DNA of 64,000 bases, from IMG/VR virus record IMGVR_UViG_3300046169_000120, positions 32,001 to 96,000 of that record; one strand, given 5' to 3'. Both the position numbers and the translations under genes were made by a program. This stretch comes from a virus. The notes under the pieces are model-generated. The model was given only the letters and a program-made list of their open reading frames with translations, ran no database searches and was not told where the DNA came from. Positions 1-8,997 of the stretch are shown here, one piece after another (the first letter of the stretch is position 1; each line of letters opens with the position of its first letter).

Positions 1-29
1 ACGATAATGACCTAGTTAACACAGCTGGC

Positions 30-455
30 ATGGATAAAGATAAAACCTATGCAGCTTGTTCTATTCAATATAAAAAAATGAAAAGTTCTCTTTATGAAAA
101 AGGTCAAGCAGGATTAACAGAAGAACAAAAGAAACTTCCAAAACCCCTGCAAGAGGCAATCTTGAAAAAACAAGGTGTAAAGATGGATGAATCTGAATCT
201 GGTTTGTGGGAAAATATCCAAAAAAAGAAAAAACGCATGGGTAAAAATTACAAGCCAGCAAAACCCGGAGATAAAGACTATCCATCAAAAAAAGCAATTA
301 AAAAAGCCCAATCCGCAGATGAAGAAAAAGACTTCAAGCCACACATGATGTACGACCCAAAAACAGGAAAAGCTGTAGAAGTAAAAACATATAAAAAACA
401 TCTAGAATTAAAAGATAAGGGTTATACCCACGAAAAGTCTAACCCTCAAAATTAA
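30..455 (+). CDS. Hypothetical Lys-rich phage protein
   Basis: 141-aa ORF directly upstream of the fibre genes; short charged modules, no catalytic motif recognised. Confidence 0.6.
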   Translation: MDKDKTYAACSIQYKKMKSSLYEKGQAGLTEEQKKLPKPLQEAILKKQGVKMDESESGLWENIQKKKKRMGKNYKPAKPGDKDYPSKKAIKKAQSADEEKDFKPHMMYDPKTGKAVEVKTYKKHLELKDKGYTHEKSNPQN

Positions 456-461
456 TAAGCT

Positions 462-1976
462 ATGGACAATAAAAAGATAACCGAATTACCGTTAGAAGCG
501 TTACCATCGAACGACGATGTACTGGCGATAGTAAGCGACCCAATTGGTACGCCCCAAACACGACAAGTAACAGTGTCAAATTTGTTAGCGCTCACTCCCG
601 ACAATTCAACCCCTGTTACACTCGCCACTGTCGCAAGCAATTACTTGTCGTTGAGTGGACAACAACTTACGGCAGGTACAGTTCCAGTTTCATTGGGAGG
701 TACAGGAGCAACAACTGCTGCCACTGCTCGTACAAGTTTAGGTGTTGATGCATCAGGAACCGACAATTCAACCCCTGTTACACTCGCCACTGTCGCAAGC
801 AATTACTTGTCGTTGAGTGGACAACAACTTACGGCAGGTACAGTTCCAGTTTCATTGGGAGGCACAGGAGCAACAACTGCTGCCGCTGCTCGTACAAACC
901 TTGGAATTTCGGGTGCATCTCTAAGTTTTGAAACGGAGGCTGGAGCCACCCGAACCCTTAGCGACAGTGATAGTGGAAAAGTTATCTCATGCACTAATAC
1001 AAGTGATGTAACGATTACAATCCCTAGTACATTAACTTCTGGCTTTAACTGTAGGATAGTTCAATCGGGTACAGGGCAGGTTGCTGTAACAGCTGGATCA
1101 GGAGTAAATCTTTACGGGTACGCTGGTTTAGCAACAGCGGGTAGATATGCCGCAATTAACATTGTACCTGTATCGAGTTCGACTTATGTAATCGAAGGTG
1201 AGGCAACATTTCCCCCAGGTGATTTCGATAACAATATTTACGCAGTACGACTTGATGGTGCTACAGAGTATTTAGCGACAGGTAGCACCTTTAATTCTCT
1301 CTTTCAAGACAGTTTTAGTATGTCATTTTGGGCTAGGGTTGATGCATCATCGACCGGACTTCGGTTCTTGGCAACTAGTGCAATTTCGGGAGTCAATAGG
1401 TTTCAAGTAAACTTCTCAGGGTCAGCAATGTCTGCGTATATTAGTTGCAACTCTGCACAAGATACGCTTACTGCAAGCACAAGTCACACATACACCGATT
1501 GGTTTCATGTAGCTGTTGTTGCAGAACAAAGCGGAAGTAATCTGAATTTTAAATTATATGTTAACGCAAGTAACGATGATTCAGGGGTCTTAGCTACAAA
1601 TTTATCTAACTTCACAACTTCAACAAACCTTCTTTTAGGTGCAAGAACTACAGCTGGAAATTCAGGGTCTTACGGATGGCTTGGAGATATAGACGAAGTT
1701 GCATTTTTCAATACTGCTTTATCAGGTCCACAGGTAGCAAATATTTACAAAGGCCAAAATAATGGAGCAACAACAGGAGGAACTAATGGTGTTCCAGGTG
1801 ATCTGACCACATTCAGTCCCGCACACTGGTGGAGAATGGGCGATAGTGATTCTGCATCAAGCGGTGGAATCGTGACTACTATAACCGACCTAAGAGGTAG
1901 CGTTGATTTGTCGGGTCAGAACACCCCTGTTTACCACGACCTAAGTACAGACCCTGATTCAATACACGTAGCTTAA
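462..1976 (+). CDS. Tail fibre/receptor-binding protein with C-terminal LamG (concanavalin-like) domain
   Basis: N-terminal KKITELP motif; two 54-aa GGTGATTAAAARTxLG fibre repeats; LamG motifs WFHVAVV..LYVN, GDIDEVAFFN, HWWRMGD. Confidence 0.8.
   Translation: MDNKKITELPLEALPSNDDVLAIVSDPIGTPQTRQVTVSNLLALTPDNSTPVTLATVASNYLSLSGQQLTAGTVPVSLGGTGATTAATARTSLGVDASGTDNSTPVTLATVASNYLSLSGQQLTAGTVPVSLGGTGATTAAAARTNLGISGASLSFETEAGATRTLSDSDSGKVISCTNTSDVTITIPSTLTSGFNCRIVQSGTGQVAVTAGSGVNLYGYAGLATAGRYAAINIVPVSSSTYVIEGEATFPPGDFDNNIYAVRLDGATEYLATGSTFNSLFQDSFSMSFWARVDASSTGLRFLATSAISGVNRFQVNFSGSAMSAYISCNSAQDTLTASTSHTYTDWFHVAVVAEQSGSNLNFKLYVNASNDDSGVLATNLSNFTTSTNLLLGARTTAGNSGSYGWLGDIDEVAFFNTALSGPQVANIYKGQNNGATTGGTNGVPGDLTTFSPAHWWRMGDSDSASSGGIVTTITDLRGSVDLSGQNTPVYHDLSTDPDSIHVA
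597..897 (+). repeat. ~1.9 copies of a 162-bp coding repeat, near-identical to 33316-33616
   Basis: Direct comparison at offset 32719 shows about 7 mismatches in 301 bp (counted by eye). Confidence 0.95.
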
Positions 1977-1977
1977 T

Positions 1978-2202
1978 ATGAGAAAATATGTAATTATAGA
2001 TAAATCGGAAGTTAGCTTGGTTGACTTTTCTAAAACATTAATGACATCAGAGAATACGCTATTTTACTCCCTTGATGGCACAAAAACTGTAATTAAGTAC
2101 GAAGGTGATGAGCCATTCTTTTTGGCAGGAAAAACAGAATACAGTCATAGCGAAATAATAGTAATTCTAGATACTGACTTTTGGCGAGAAAACGAATCAT
2201 AG
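1978..2202 (+). CDS. Small LamG-partner protein (copy 1 of 4), possible fibre chaperone or cap
   Basis: YVII..EV..VDF....S..TL.YS.DGTKT..KYEG..P.FL.GK pattern shared with 3818, 4873 and 35920. Confidence 0.8.
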   Translation: MRKYVIIDKSEVSLVDFSKTLMTSENTLFYSLDGTKTVIKYEGDEPFFLAGKTEYSHSEIIVILDTDFWRENES

Positions 2203-2210
2203 AAAACATC

Positions 2211-3821
2211 ATGCCTGCACCACAAAGTTTTAATAAAATATTACTCACAACAAGCAATGAAAGTGAAAAAAATATTACATTGCAAGAAATTAGCGGACAA
2301 TTATATATAAATGATCATCTTGTTATTACATCTGCAAATATTGGATCGTTGTCAAATATTACAGTTATCGAATCTGATGTAACAACACTACAAACCGACC
2401 TAACAACACTGGATACTAGCGTAAGCACTTTACAATCTGAAGTGTCAACATTACAAGCAAGTTCTGGCACCTCAGTTTTAACAAATTCAAGTAGTGTAAG
2501 TTTTGACGGAACTAACGATCAAGCTCGAACATTTAGCGCTTTTGAATCAATGTTTCAAAGTAGCTTTAGTATTTCAGGTTGGGGAAAGCTTAATAACACC
2601 TCAGGTTTAAAGTTTTGGTTTGGAGTAAATGTTTCTGGGACCAGTCGTTATCAATTATATTTTAGCGGCTCAACATTGTATTCATTTATTCAATCTGGTG
2701 GCACTAGTGGAGATACCTTAAATAGTAATTCTAGTAGTGCTTCATTTACAGACTGGTTTCATGTTTGTGTCACATACGAACAAAGCGGCGCAAATCTGAT
2801 ACAAAAAATGTACATAAATGGATCCTTTGTTGACTCAGGAACTACCTCTACTGATTTATCCAATTGGTCAAACACAAGTCAAGACATGTTAATTGGCTCC
2901 AGGAACACTACTGGACAGTATGTTTGGAACGGGTTGATGGATGAGCTTGCATTTTTTGACTCAGCATTGTCTTCATCTGATGTGACTGCTATTTATAATA
3001 GCGGAAGTCCGACAGACTTAACCAATCTTAACCCCATACATTGGTGGAGAATGGGGGATGACGATAGCTCCACTGGTACTACAATTACTGATCAAGGTAG
3101 TGGAAGTGCAGATCTAGCCCTAACGAATGGACCAACATTTTCAACTAATATCCCCGAAGAAGAAGAGGTTTTCTCTAACACTTACAGCTTAAGCCTTGAC
3201 GGCGCTAATGACTATTTAAGCATAAGCGCTTCTAGTTATTCTATATCTGGCAACAAAAGCTTCTCAGCATGGCTTAAACCTACCTCAGGCTCTTATCACT
3301 ATCTTTGGGGTTACGGTACAAATTTATATGCTTTGTATTTCGACTCGTCCGCAGTTTCAATAAGAATGTGGCCGTCAGGTCAAGGCGGAGGATCAGGCAG
3401 AACTTATCAACGTATGGTTTCGCCCGTCTCGCTTACAAACGGTTCTTGGTACAATATAACCATCACTGGAGACGGAACTACATTAAAGTTATATGTTAAC
3501 GGGCAATCCGCGGCGAGTACTTACACAGACAATGACGATTGGTATTTTGAAACAGCCTTGAGGGCTGGAGCTTCAGGAACTTCTTTTTCGGGTCTTGTGG
3601 ATGAATTTGCATTCTTTAATTCTACTTTAAGCAGCTCCGAAGTGAGCGCCATTTATGGAAGCGGTGAACCTTCAAGCCTGAGCGATTACAATCCTCATTT
3701 ATGGTGGAGAATGGGAGACAATGACGGGGGTACAGGCACTACCGTCACAGATCAAGGTAGTGGCAGCAACGACGCAACACTAACCAACGGACCAACATTT
3801 TCAACAACAATACCATCATGA
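2211..3821 (+). CDS. Virion protein with short coiled coil and two LamG domains
   Basis: Heptad run TTLQTDLTTLDTSVSTLQSEVSTLQ, then two DE(L/F)AFF..L / WWRMGD domains; ATG 2211 preferred to overlapping TTG 2181. Confidence 0.8.
   Translation: MPAPQSFNKILLTTSNESEKNITLQEISGQLYINDHLVITSANIGSLSNITVIESDVTTLQTDLTTLDTSVSTLQSEVSTLQASSGTSVLTNSSSVSFDGTNDQARTFSAFESMFQSSFSISGWGKLNNTSGLKFWFGVNVSGTSRYQLYFSGSTLYSFIQSGGTSGDTLNSNSSSASFTDWFHVCVTYEQSGANLIQKMYINGSFVDSGTTSTDLSNWSNTSQDMLIGSRNTTGQYVWNGLMDELAFFDSALSSSDVTAIYNSGSPTDLTNLNPIHWWRMGDDDSSTGTTITDQGSGSADLALTNGPTFSTNIPEEEEVFSNTYSLSLDGANDYLSISASSYSISGNKSFSAWLKPTSGSYHYLWGYGTNLYALYFDSSAVSIRMWPSGQGGGSGRTYQRMVSPVSLTNGSWYNITITGDGTTLKLYVNGQSAASTYTDNDDWYFETALRAGASGTSFSGLVDEFAFFNSTLSSSEVSAIYGSGEPSSLSDYNPHLWWRMGDNDGGTGTTVTDQGSGSNDATLTNGPTFSTTIPS
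3196..3805 (+). repeat. ~610-bp LamG-coding block duplicated at 5367-5976
   Basis: Long identical stretches at offset 2171 with patches of mostly synonymous change. Confidence 0.95.
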
Positions 3822-4045
3822 GAAATTACGTTATAATCGATAAATCAGAAGTTGCAAATATCGACTTCTCTAAAGTTAAAGAAACCTCGTTAGAAACCTT
3901 GAGATACTCTATAGACGGAACAAAAACATTTGTGAAGTTCGAAGGAGATACTCCTACATTTCTATCAGGCAAACAACAATATACTCACTCACAAATTCTA
4001 GAAATTCTTGCTGGAGAAGAGTGGGTAAGCGGAGAGCCAATTTAA
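3818..4045 (+). CDS. Small LamG-partner protein (copy 2)
   Basis: Paralog of 1978-2202; ATGA overlap with the upstream LamG gene. Confidence 0.8.
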   Translation: MRNYVIIDKSEVANIDFSKVKETSLETLRYSIDGTKTFVKFEGDTPTFLSGKQQYTHSQILEILAGEEWVSGEPI

Positions 4046-4167
4046 AAAATAGAAAACAAATCATATTCTGTATAAGCAGAATTCATAAAAAACCCGCGCT
4101 TATATAAAATAAAAAAAATACATATAAAACTGTTTCCCATGGAGTTGATTTTCTTGTAAATATTTCT

Positions 4168-4722
4168 ATGGCAAAAATTCAACAAACCGAGGTTCTATCA
4201 TTAAACGGAGACAATGTTAGAATACAATCAAGCAAAGAAAATGCATTTGAGATTACAGACAGCGATGGAAACTTGTTGCTCAGTAGAAATTCATTAGAGG
4301 AAAGCATTTCAAGCCTTGCTACAGCAATAGAAAAAAACGACTTTATTTCTGTGCAAGAATCTCTTGACGCAGGTATAAGCTCTATAACGATATCTTTTGG
4401 AAGAAACTTTTCTTTTACGCCAAAAGTGGTTGCAAACATAATTTCTGAGTCAACAGATCAAATTTTGGCTTGTCAACTTTCAGAAACTACTCTTTCATCA
4501 GCAACATTTCATTTTTCAGATGAGATTCCCGCGGAAGGTTCTTACGCTATACAAGTTATAGCGTTAAGTCAAACTCAAGAAACTCAAGTGGCGACAATAG
4601 CTTCTTCTTCAGATATAACTTCAAGAACTGGAGATCCAGAAGGTACAGCTTTCTTTGCGTCAGACACTGATGAGCTTTATATTTATATAGGCTCAACTTG
4701 GAAAAAATTCGAATCGCAATAA
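4168..4722 (+). CDS. Hypothetical virion/fibre-associated protein
   Basis: C-terminal G..FFASDT.ELYIY.GSTW motif of the kind seen in fibre modules. Confidence 0.6.
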   Translation: MAKIQQTEVLSLNGDNVRIQSSKENAFEITDSDGNLLLSRNSLEESISSLATAIEKNDFISVQESLDAGISSITISFGRNFSFTPKVVANIISESTDQILACQLSETTLSSATFHFSDEIPAEGSYAIQVIALSQTQETQVATIASSSDITSRTGDPEGTAFFASDTDELYIYIGSTWKKFESQ

Positions 4723-4732
4723 CATATATAAT

Positions 4733-4867
4733 ATGTCAACAATAGATACAATAACAACCAGACCTACTTCAGGCATGAGCGCCGGAGATATATATTTTGA
4801 AACGTCAAGTAATAAAATCATTGTTTGGACAGGTTCCACCTGGACAGAGATTACTTCAGATAATTAA
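4733..4867 (+). CDS. 44-aa ORF below the ORF-track cutoff: stand-alone fibre-type motif
   Basis: MSTIDTITTRPTSGMSAGDIYFETSSNKIIVWTGSTWTEITSDN fills the intergenic gap and resembles motifs in both neighbours. Confidence 0.75.
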   Translation: MSTIDTITTRPTSGMSAGDIYFETSSNKIIVWTGSTWTEITSDN

Positions 4868-4872
4868 TAATT

Positions 4873-5103
4873 ATGAACGCTAGACAATATGTTATTATAA
4901 ACGCCGCTGATGTTTCATCCGTGAACTTTGATGATGTGCTTGAGACTTCCGCAGATACACTAAGATACAATGTAGCAGGGGATCAGACCTTTGTTAAATA
5001 CGAAGGAACCCAACCATCATTCTTGAGTGGAAAAACTCCATTAAATCACTCGCAAATGGTTGAAATTCTATCGAGCGAAGAATGGACAACTAAAGATATT
5101 TGA
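4873..5103 (+). CDS. Small LamG-partner protein (copy 3)
   Basis: Paralog of 1978-2202. Confidence 0.8.
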   Translation: MNARQYVIINAADVSSVNFDDVLETSADTLRYNVAGDQTFVKYEGTQPSFLSGKTPLNHSQMVEILSSEEWTTKDI

Positions 5104-5107
5104 CACT

Positions 5108-5992
5108 ATGAGTAAAATAACAATAATAAACGACGCAGAACAAGCTGCGCTTGTAACAAATAATGCCGTAACCGCCGGAAAGTTTTATTTAAAAGGTGAA
5201 GGTTCCACAAACGCAGGAGACATTGTGATATACAATGGGTCTACATGGAAAAGATTTGCCAATGAAGCTACTCAAGCTAGTGAAATTGAGGAGGAGGCTA
5301 GTGAAAATGAATCTAATCAATCTGATGAATCTACTACTACATTTTCTAACGGATATAGCGTAAGCTTTGACGGCGCTAATGACTATTTAAGCATAAGCGC
5401 TTCTAGTTATTCTATATCTGGCAATAAAAGTTTCTCAGCATGGCTTAAACCTACCTCAGGCTCTTATCACTATCTTTGGGGTTACGGTACAAATTTATAT
5501 GCTTTGTATTTCGACTCGTCCGCAGTTTCAATAAGAATGTGGCCGTCAGGTCAAGGCGGAGGATCAGGCAGAACTTATCAACGCATGGTTTCACCTGTAT
5601 CATTTACAAATGGTTCTTGGTACAACATCACGATTACTGGAGACGGAACTACATTAAAGTTATATGTTAACGGACAATCCGCAGCAAGTACTTACACAGA
5701 CAATGACGATTGGTATTTTGAAACAGCCTTAAGGGCTGGAGCTACAGGCACTTCTTTTGCGGGTCTCGTGGATGAATTTGCATTCTTTAATTCTACTTTA
5801 AGCAGCTCCGAAGTGAGCGCCATTTATGGAAGCGGTGAACCTTCAAGCCTGAGCGATTACAATCCTCATTTATGGTGGAGAATGGGAGAAAATGACGGGG
5901 GTACAGGCACTACCGTCACAGATCAAGGTAGTGGCAGCAACGACGCCGCACTTACCAACGGACCTACTTTTTCAACTGACGTACCCTCTTAA
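5108..5992 (+). CDS. LamG-domain virion protein
   Basis: N-terminal IYNGSTWKRF motif, acidic linker, LamG almost identical to the second domain of 2211-3821; ATG 5108. Confidence 0.8.
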   Translation: MSKITIINDAEQAALVTNNAVTAGKFYLKGEGSTNAGDIVIYNGSTWKRFANEATQASEIEEEASENESNQSDESTTTFSNGYSVSFDGANDYLSISASSYSISGNKSFSAWLKPTSGSYHYLWGYGTNLYALYFDSSAVSIRMWPSGQGGGSGRTYQRMVSPVSFTNGSWYNITITGDGTTLKLYVNGQSAASTYTDNDDWYFETALRAGATGTSFAGLVDEFAFFNSTLSSSEVSAIYGSGEPSSLSDYNPHLWWRMGENDGGTGTTVTDQGSGSNDAALTNGPTFSTDVPS

Positions 5993-6016
5993 CATTCATC
6001 GAGTGTAAATATTTTT

Positions 6017-6613
6017 TTGGACTTAATTAACAGCAAAGATCGATCTGTTTTAATACTATCTCATTTCTGGACACCAATAAATATAACCACAGCAAAGGAA
6101 GGCGTTCGAAAATTAATATCTTGTGGGTCAAAGCATTTGAAAGAGCCAACGGTTCGAGCATTGAGTGCGAGTGGCGAGCCGTTGTTGTGGGATGAATGGA
6201 TAGATGCTTCTCGCGCAAGCTACTATCAATCACAGCCATTTTTAACAAGTTGCAGTAGAATATATCCTGTGCCTACCATTTTATTGACCACATCAAAGTG
6301 GGTGTTTCAAACAACACAAAAACCAAATCTTAGATATCTACACAAACGATATCGCGGACGCTGTCAAATATGCGGCGACAAGTTTGATATCAAGGATATG
6401 ACCATTGAACATGTTTACCCAAAAAGCAAAGGTGGCCCAAAAGAAGATCATAACATTACACTTACTTGCCAGCCATGCAATTGCAAAAAAGGAGCAATAT
6501 ATCCATATCAAAATTACCGTGGAGAAGAATTAAAAGGCTACAAACCATTAAGGCATTTTCACGCATTTCAAAAAGGGCGCATCGAATGGCAGCCGTTTCT
6601 ATTTAAAAATTAG
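6017..6613 (+). CDS. HNH endonuclease
   Basis: CQICG..TIEHVYPKSKGG....NITLTCQPCNCKKG is a McrA-type HNH motif with two CxxC. Confidence 0.9.
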   Translation: MDLINSKDRSVLILSHFWTPINITTAKEGVRKLISCGSKHLKEPTVRALSASGEPLLWDEWIDASRASYYQSQPFLTSCSRIYPVPTILLTTSKWVFQTTQKPNLRYLHKRYRGRCQICGDKFDIKDMTIEHVYPKSKGGPKEDHNITLTCQPCNCKKGAIYPYQNYRGEELKGYKPLRHFHAFQKGRIEWQPFLFKN

Positions 6614-6617
6614 ACAC

Positions 6618-6644
6618 AAAAAAGCCCCCCATTTCTGGGAGGCT
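6618..6644 (-). terminator. Intrinsic terminator of the beta-barrel gene
   Basis: 9-bp GC-rich stem, GAAA loop and U-tract on the minus strand. Confidence 0.8.
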
Positions 6645-6671
6645 GTATGAACAATTATACTTAGAGTATAA

Positions 6672-7316
6672 TTAAAAACTCGCAGTCAATGCCGCAGCCA
6701 CAATACAGTCACTTTCAATTGCATCAGAATTAACCTGATCTGCACTCAAAGATAATACAAGATTCTTGGCAATATTTTTACTTGCGCTAATTCCAACAGA
6801 ATAATAATCAATATTATCTCCACTGTTTAGATCTGTATTACCAAGTGTTCCTCGAACAGATAAATCAATACTATTAATTGAAATGTCGTGAGATACGCCA
6901 GCTTCGAATGTGTATTGACTTTCATCAACATTACGAGCTGCAGAAAGCGTTGGACTTAATAATGTATTGAAATCAGCAGACAATACAACATCAAGATTAC
7001 TTACTCCATCAAGTTGCTCAAAATGCTCAATTCCGCCATAAACAGAAAGTAGTGAACCGAGACTCTTGCCAATTCCTCCAGACAGAATATAAGCATCTCC
7101 ATCTGCACCTGTGCTATGTGCGGTTTGTGCGCCGACTGAAACATCAAATCCACCCTTTGTGGTAGCATAAGATGCGGACGTTTGTAGAGAGTCTTCTGCG
7201 ATTAGAGATCCGCGACGAAACACGTCCGAGCCGTAACCTGTGGATAAAGATCCAGCAGAAGCTGCGTTAATAGAAAATACTGCCAAGGCAGCGAGTGTTA
7301 GTAATTTATTTTTCAT
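6672..7316 (-). CDS. Outer-membrane beta-barrel protein (TorF/Gcw-like putative porin)
   Basis: Sec signal peptide ending ASA, SDxxxRG near the mature N-terminus, alternating beta strands, terminal Phe (LTASF). Confidence 0.65.
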   Translation of the reverse strand: MKNKLLTLAALAVFSINAASAGSLSTGYGSDVFRRGSLIAEDSLQTSASYATTKGGFDVSVGAQTAHSTGADGDAYILSGGIGKSLGSLLSVYGGIEHFEQLDGVSNLDVVLSADFNTLLSPTLSAARNVDESQYTFEAGVSHDISINSIDLSVRGTLGNTDLNSGDNIDYYSVGISASKNIAKNLVLSLSADQVNSDAIESDCIVAAALTASF

Positions 7317-7355
7317 AATTTGAACTGTAGATTATATAGATTTATTCTAGTTTTG

Positions 7356-7763
7356 TCAAGTAATTTCTATTCTTTTTGTTTTTTGTTGTTTTCTGGGTAT
7401 GTTTATGTATAGTATGCCATCTTTGTTTGTGGCTTTGATTTTGTTTGTGTCGAGTTCGTTTTTGAGGGTGAATAGATTGGTCGACTCGCGCGGTTCAAAT
7501 TGTTGATGTAGATATTTATCTTCTTTTTGTTGCGTCGACTTGCACACCACTTTTAGAACACCATTTTCACAAGATAAATTGATATCCTCTTTTGCGACAC
7601 CTGGGCATTCTAATTGTATTTCAATTTCCTTTTCTCTAGATACAATGTTCGCGCGACGTTTTGACTCAACTGTGTCAAACAGCGAATCAGTAAACAAATC
7701 TTCAAGTAGATTGCTCCATGCGTTAGTATTTTTATTGTATGAATTGTTGATATAGTATGACAT
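7356..7763 (-). CDS. Small heat-shock protein (Hsp20/alpha-crystallin)
   Basis: PGVAKEDINL..ENGVLKV and IKA..KDGILYINIPR motifs; ATG 7763 likely start. Confidence 0.9.
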   Translation of the reverse strand: MSYYINNSYNKNTNAWSNLLEDLFTDSLFDTVESKRRANIVSREKEIEIQLECPGVAKEDINLSCENGVLKVVCKSTQQKEDKYLHQQFEPRESTNLFTLKNELDTNKIKATNKDGILYINIPRKQQKTKRIEIT

Positions 7764-7858
7764 TTTGTAATTTATATTTAATTGTTTGAGACTGTGTGTC
7801 ACAAAAACACTGTGTTTTCGATATTCACACTTATATACTTGCTACTTTCATGCCAAAT

Positions 7859-7884
7859 AAAAAAGCCCCCATCGCTGGGGGCTT
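7859..7884 (-). terminator. Intrinsic terminator after nrdB
   Basis: AAGCCCCCA-loop-TGGGGGCTT followed by a U-run on the minus strand. Confidence 0.8.
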
Positions 7885-7910
7885 GGTAGCTTGCAATTCC
7901 TCTTGGAGAA

Positions 7911-8924
7911 TTAAAAGTCGTCTTCCAGAGCGCCGCTTTGTTGGTACTCACGAACTCGGCGCTCAAAAAAGTTGCCCATAGCTTGAACATCAACAACTTC
8001 ACTAAGCCAAGGAAATGGATTTTTATCGCTAGGAAAGCGATAGTCAAGACCAATACCTTCTAACCTACGATTACCAATATAATGCATATAATCAACAAAC
8101 ATATCCGCATTCAATCCAAGAATGCCTGTTGGTAAAACATCGTGTGCGTATGCAATCTCAAGCTCAACAGCTTTTTTCATATGATCCACAAACTCTTGCT
8201 GAATTTCTTCTGTCCAGATTTCTGGATTTTGCTCGATAAGAGTATTGATAAGATATGTACCAAATGCAATGTGAGAGCTTTCATCACGCAGTGTATACTT
8301 GATTTGATCAGAAATGCCTTGGAGCTTGTTTTGGCGACCCAATGCAAGAAGCATAGCAAATCCGCTAAAGAAGAACGTTCCTTCGCATACAATCCAGTAT
8401 GTCAAAAAGTTTCTCAGAAGCTCTTGCTTACCCTCTATTGTTTGCGGGTCAAAATCTTGACGACTGATGTCATTGGTGATACCCATTAGAAAGTCATCCT
8501 TTGCTTTGATGCTAGGAATTGTTTCGTATGCGGCAAACACCTCTTCGATATTCAGATCCAAACTGTCACAAATATATACTACCGTAAGATTGTGAAGACT
8601 TTCTTCAAATGCTTGACGCAATATGTACTGCCTGCACTCAGCATCTGTAACATATTTAAAGGCAGATAAAAGCAAATTATTACCAACCAAAGACTCAGAT
8701 CCAGCAAAAAACCCAAGACAACGTTTAACAAGTAATTTTTCATCATTTGTAATTTCATTATTTTTCCATTGTTTAATATCTACCTGCATACTTATTTCAG
8801 TAGGCATCCAATTGTTTGCGCAACTTTTTAGAAATAAGTCCCAAGCATATTTGTGTTTGTGTGGCAAGATACGATTCACGCCAGCGATGTTTTCTGTAAG
8901 AAGTTCTCCTGTTTTAGTTTCCAT
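7911..8924 (-). CDS. nrdB: Ribonucleotide reductase beta subunit, class Ic-like (no radical Tyr)
   Basis: W.PTEI, GFFAGSESLVGNN, FEESLH, EGTFFFSGF, RDESSH, NFFERRVREY. Confidence 0.93.
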   Translation of the reverse strand: METKTGELLTENIAGVNRILPHKHKYAWDLFLKSCANNWMPTEISMQVDIKQWKNNEITNDEKLLVKRCLGFFAGSESLVGNNLLLSAFKYVTDAECRQYILRQAFEESLHNLTVVYICDSLDLNIEEVFAAYETIPSIKAKDDFLMGITNDISRQDFDPQTIEGKQELLRNFLTYWIVCEGTFFFSGFAMLLALGRQNKLQGISDQIKYTLRDESSHIAFGTYLINTLIEQNPEIWTEEIQQEFVDHMKKAVELEIAYAHDVLPTGILGLNADMFVDYMHYIGNRRLEGIGLDYRFPSDKNPFPWLSEVVDVQAMGNFFERRVREYQQSGALEDDF

Positions 8925-8997
8925 GTTTGTATATAACGATAAATTTTTAATTAAAGATTACAATAATACATTATTATTTAAATGAAGTCAATGAAAT

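Noticed and set aside
3196-5976. Diversity-generating retroelement TR/VR pair
   Set aside because: Differences are mostly synonymous and not adenine-specific, both copies are coding, and no reverse transcriptase is in the window.
6017-6613. HNH as a mobile intron or transposon component
   Set aside because: Free-standing, with no interrupted host gene, terminal repeats or intron structure evident.
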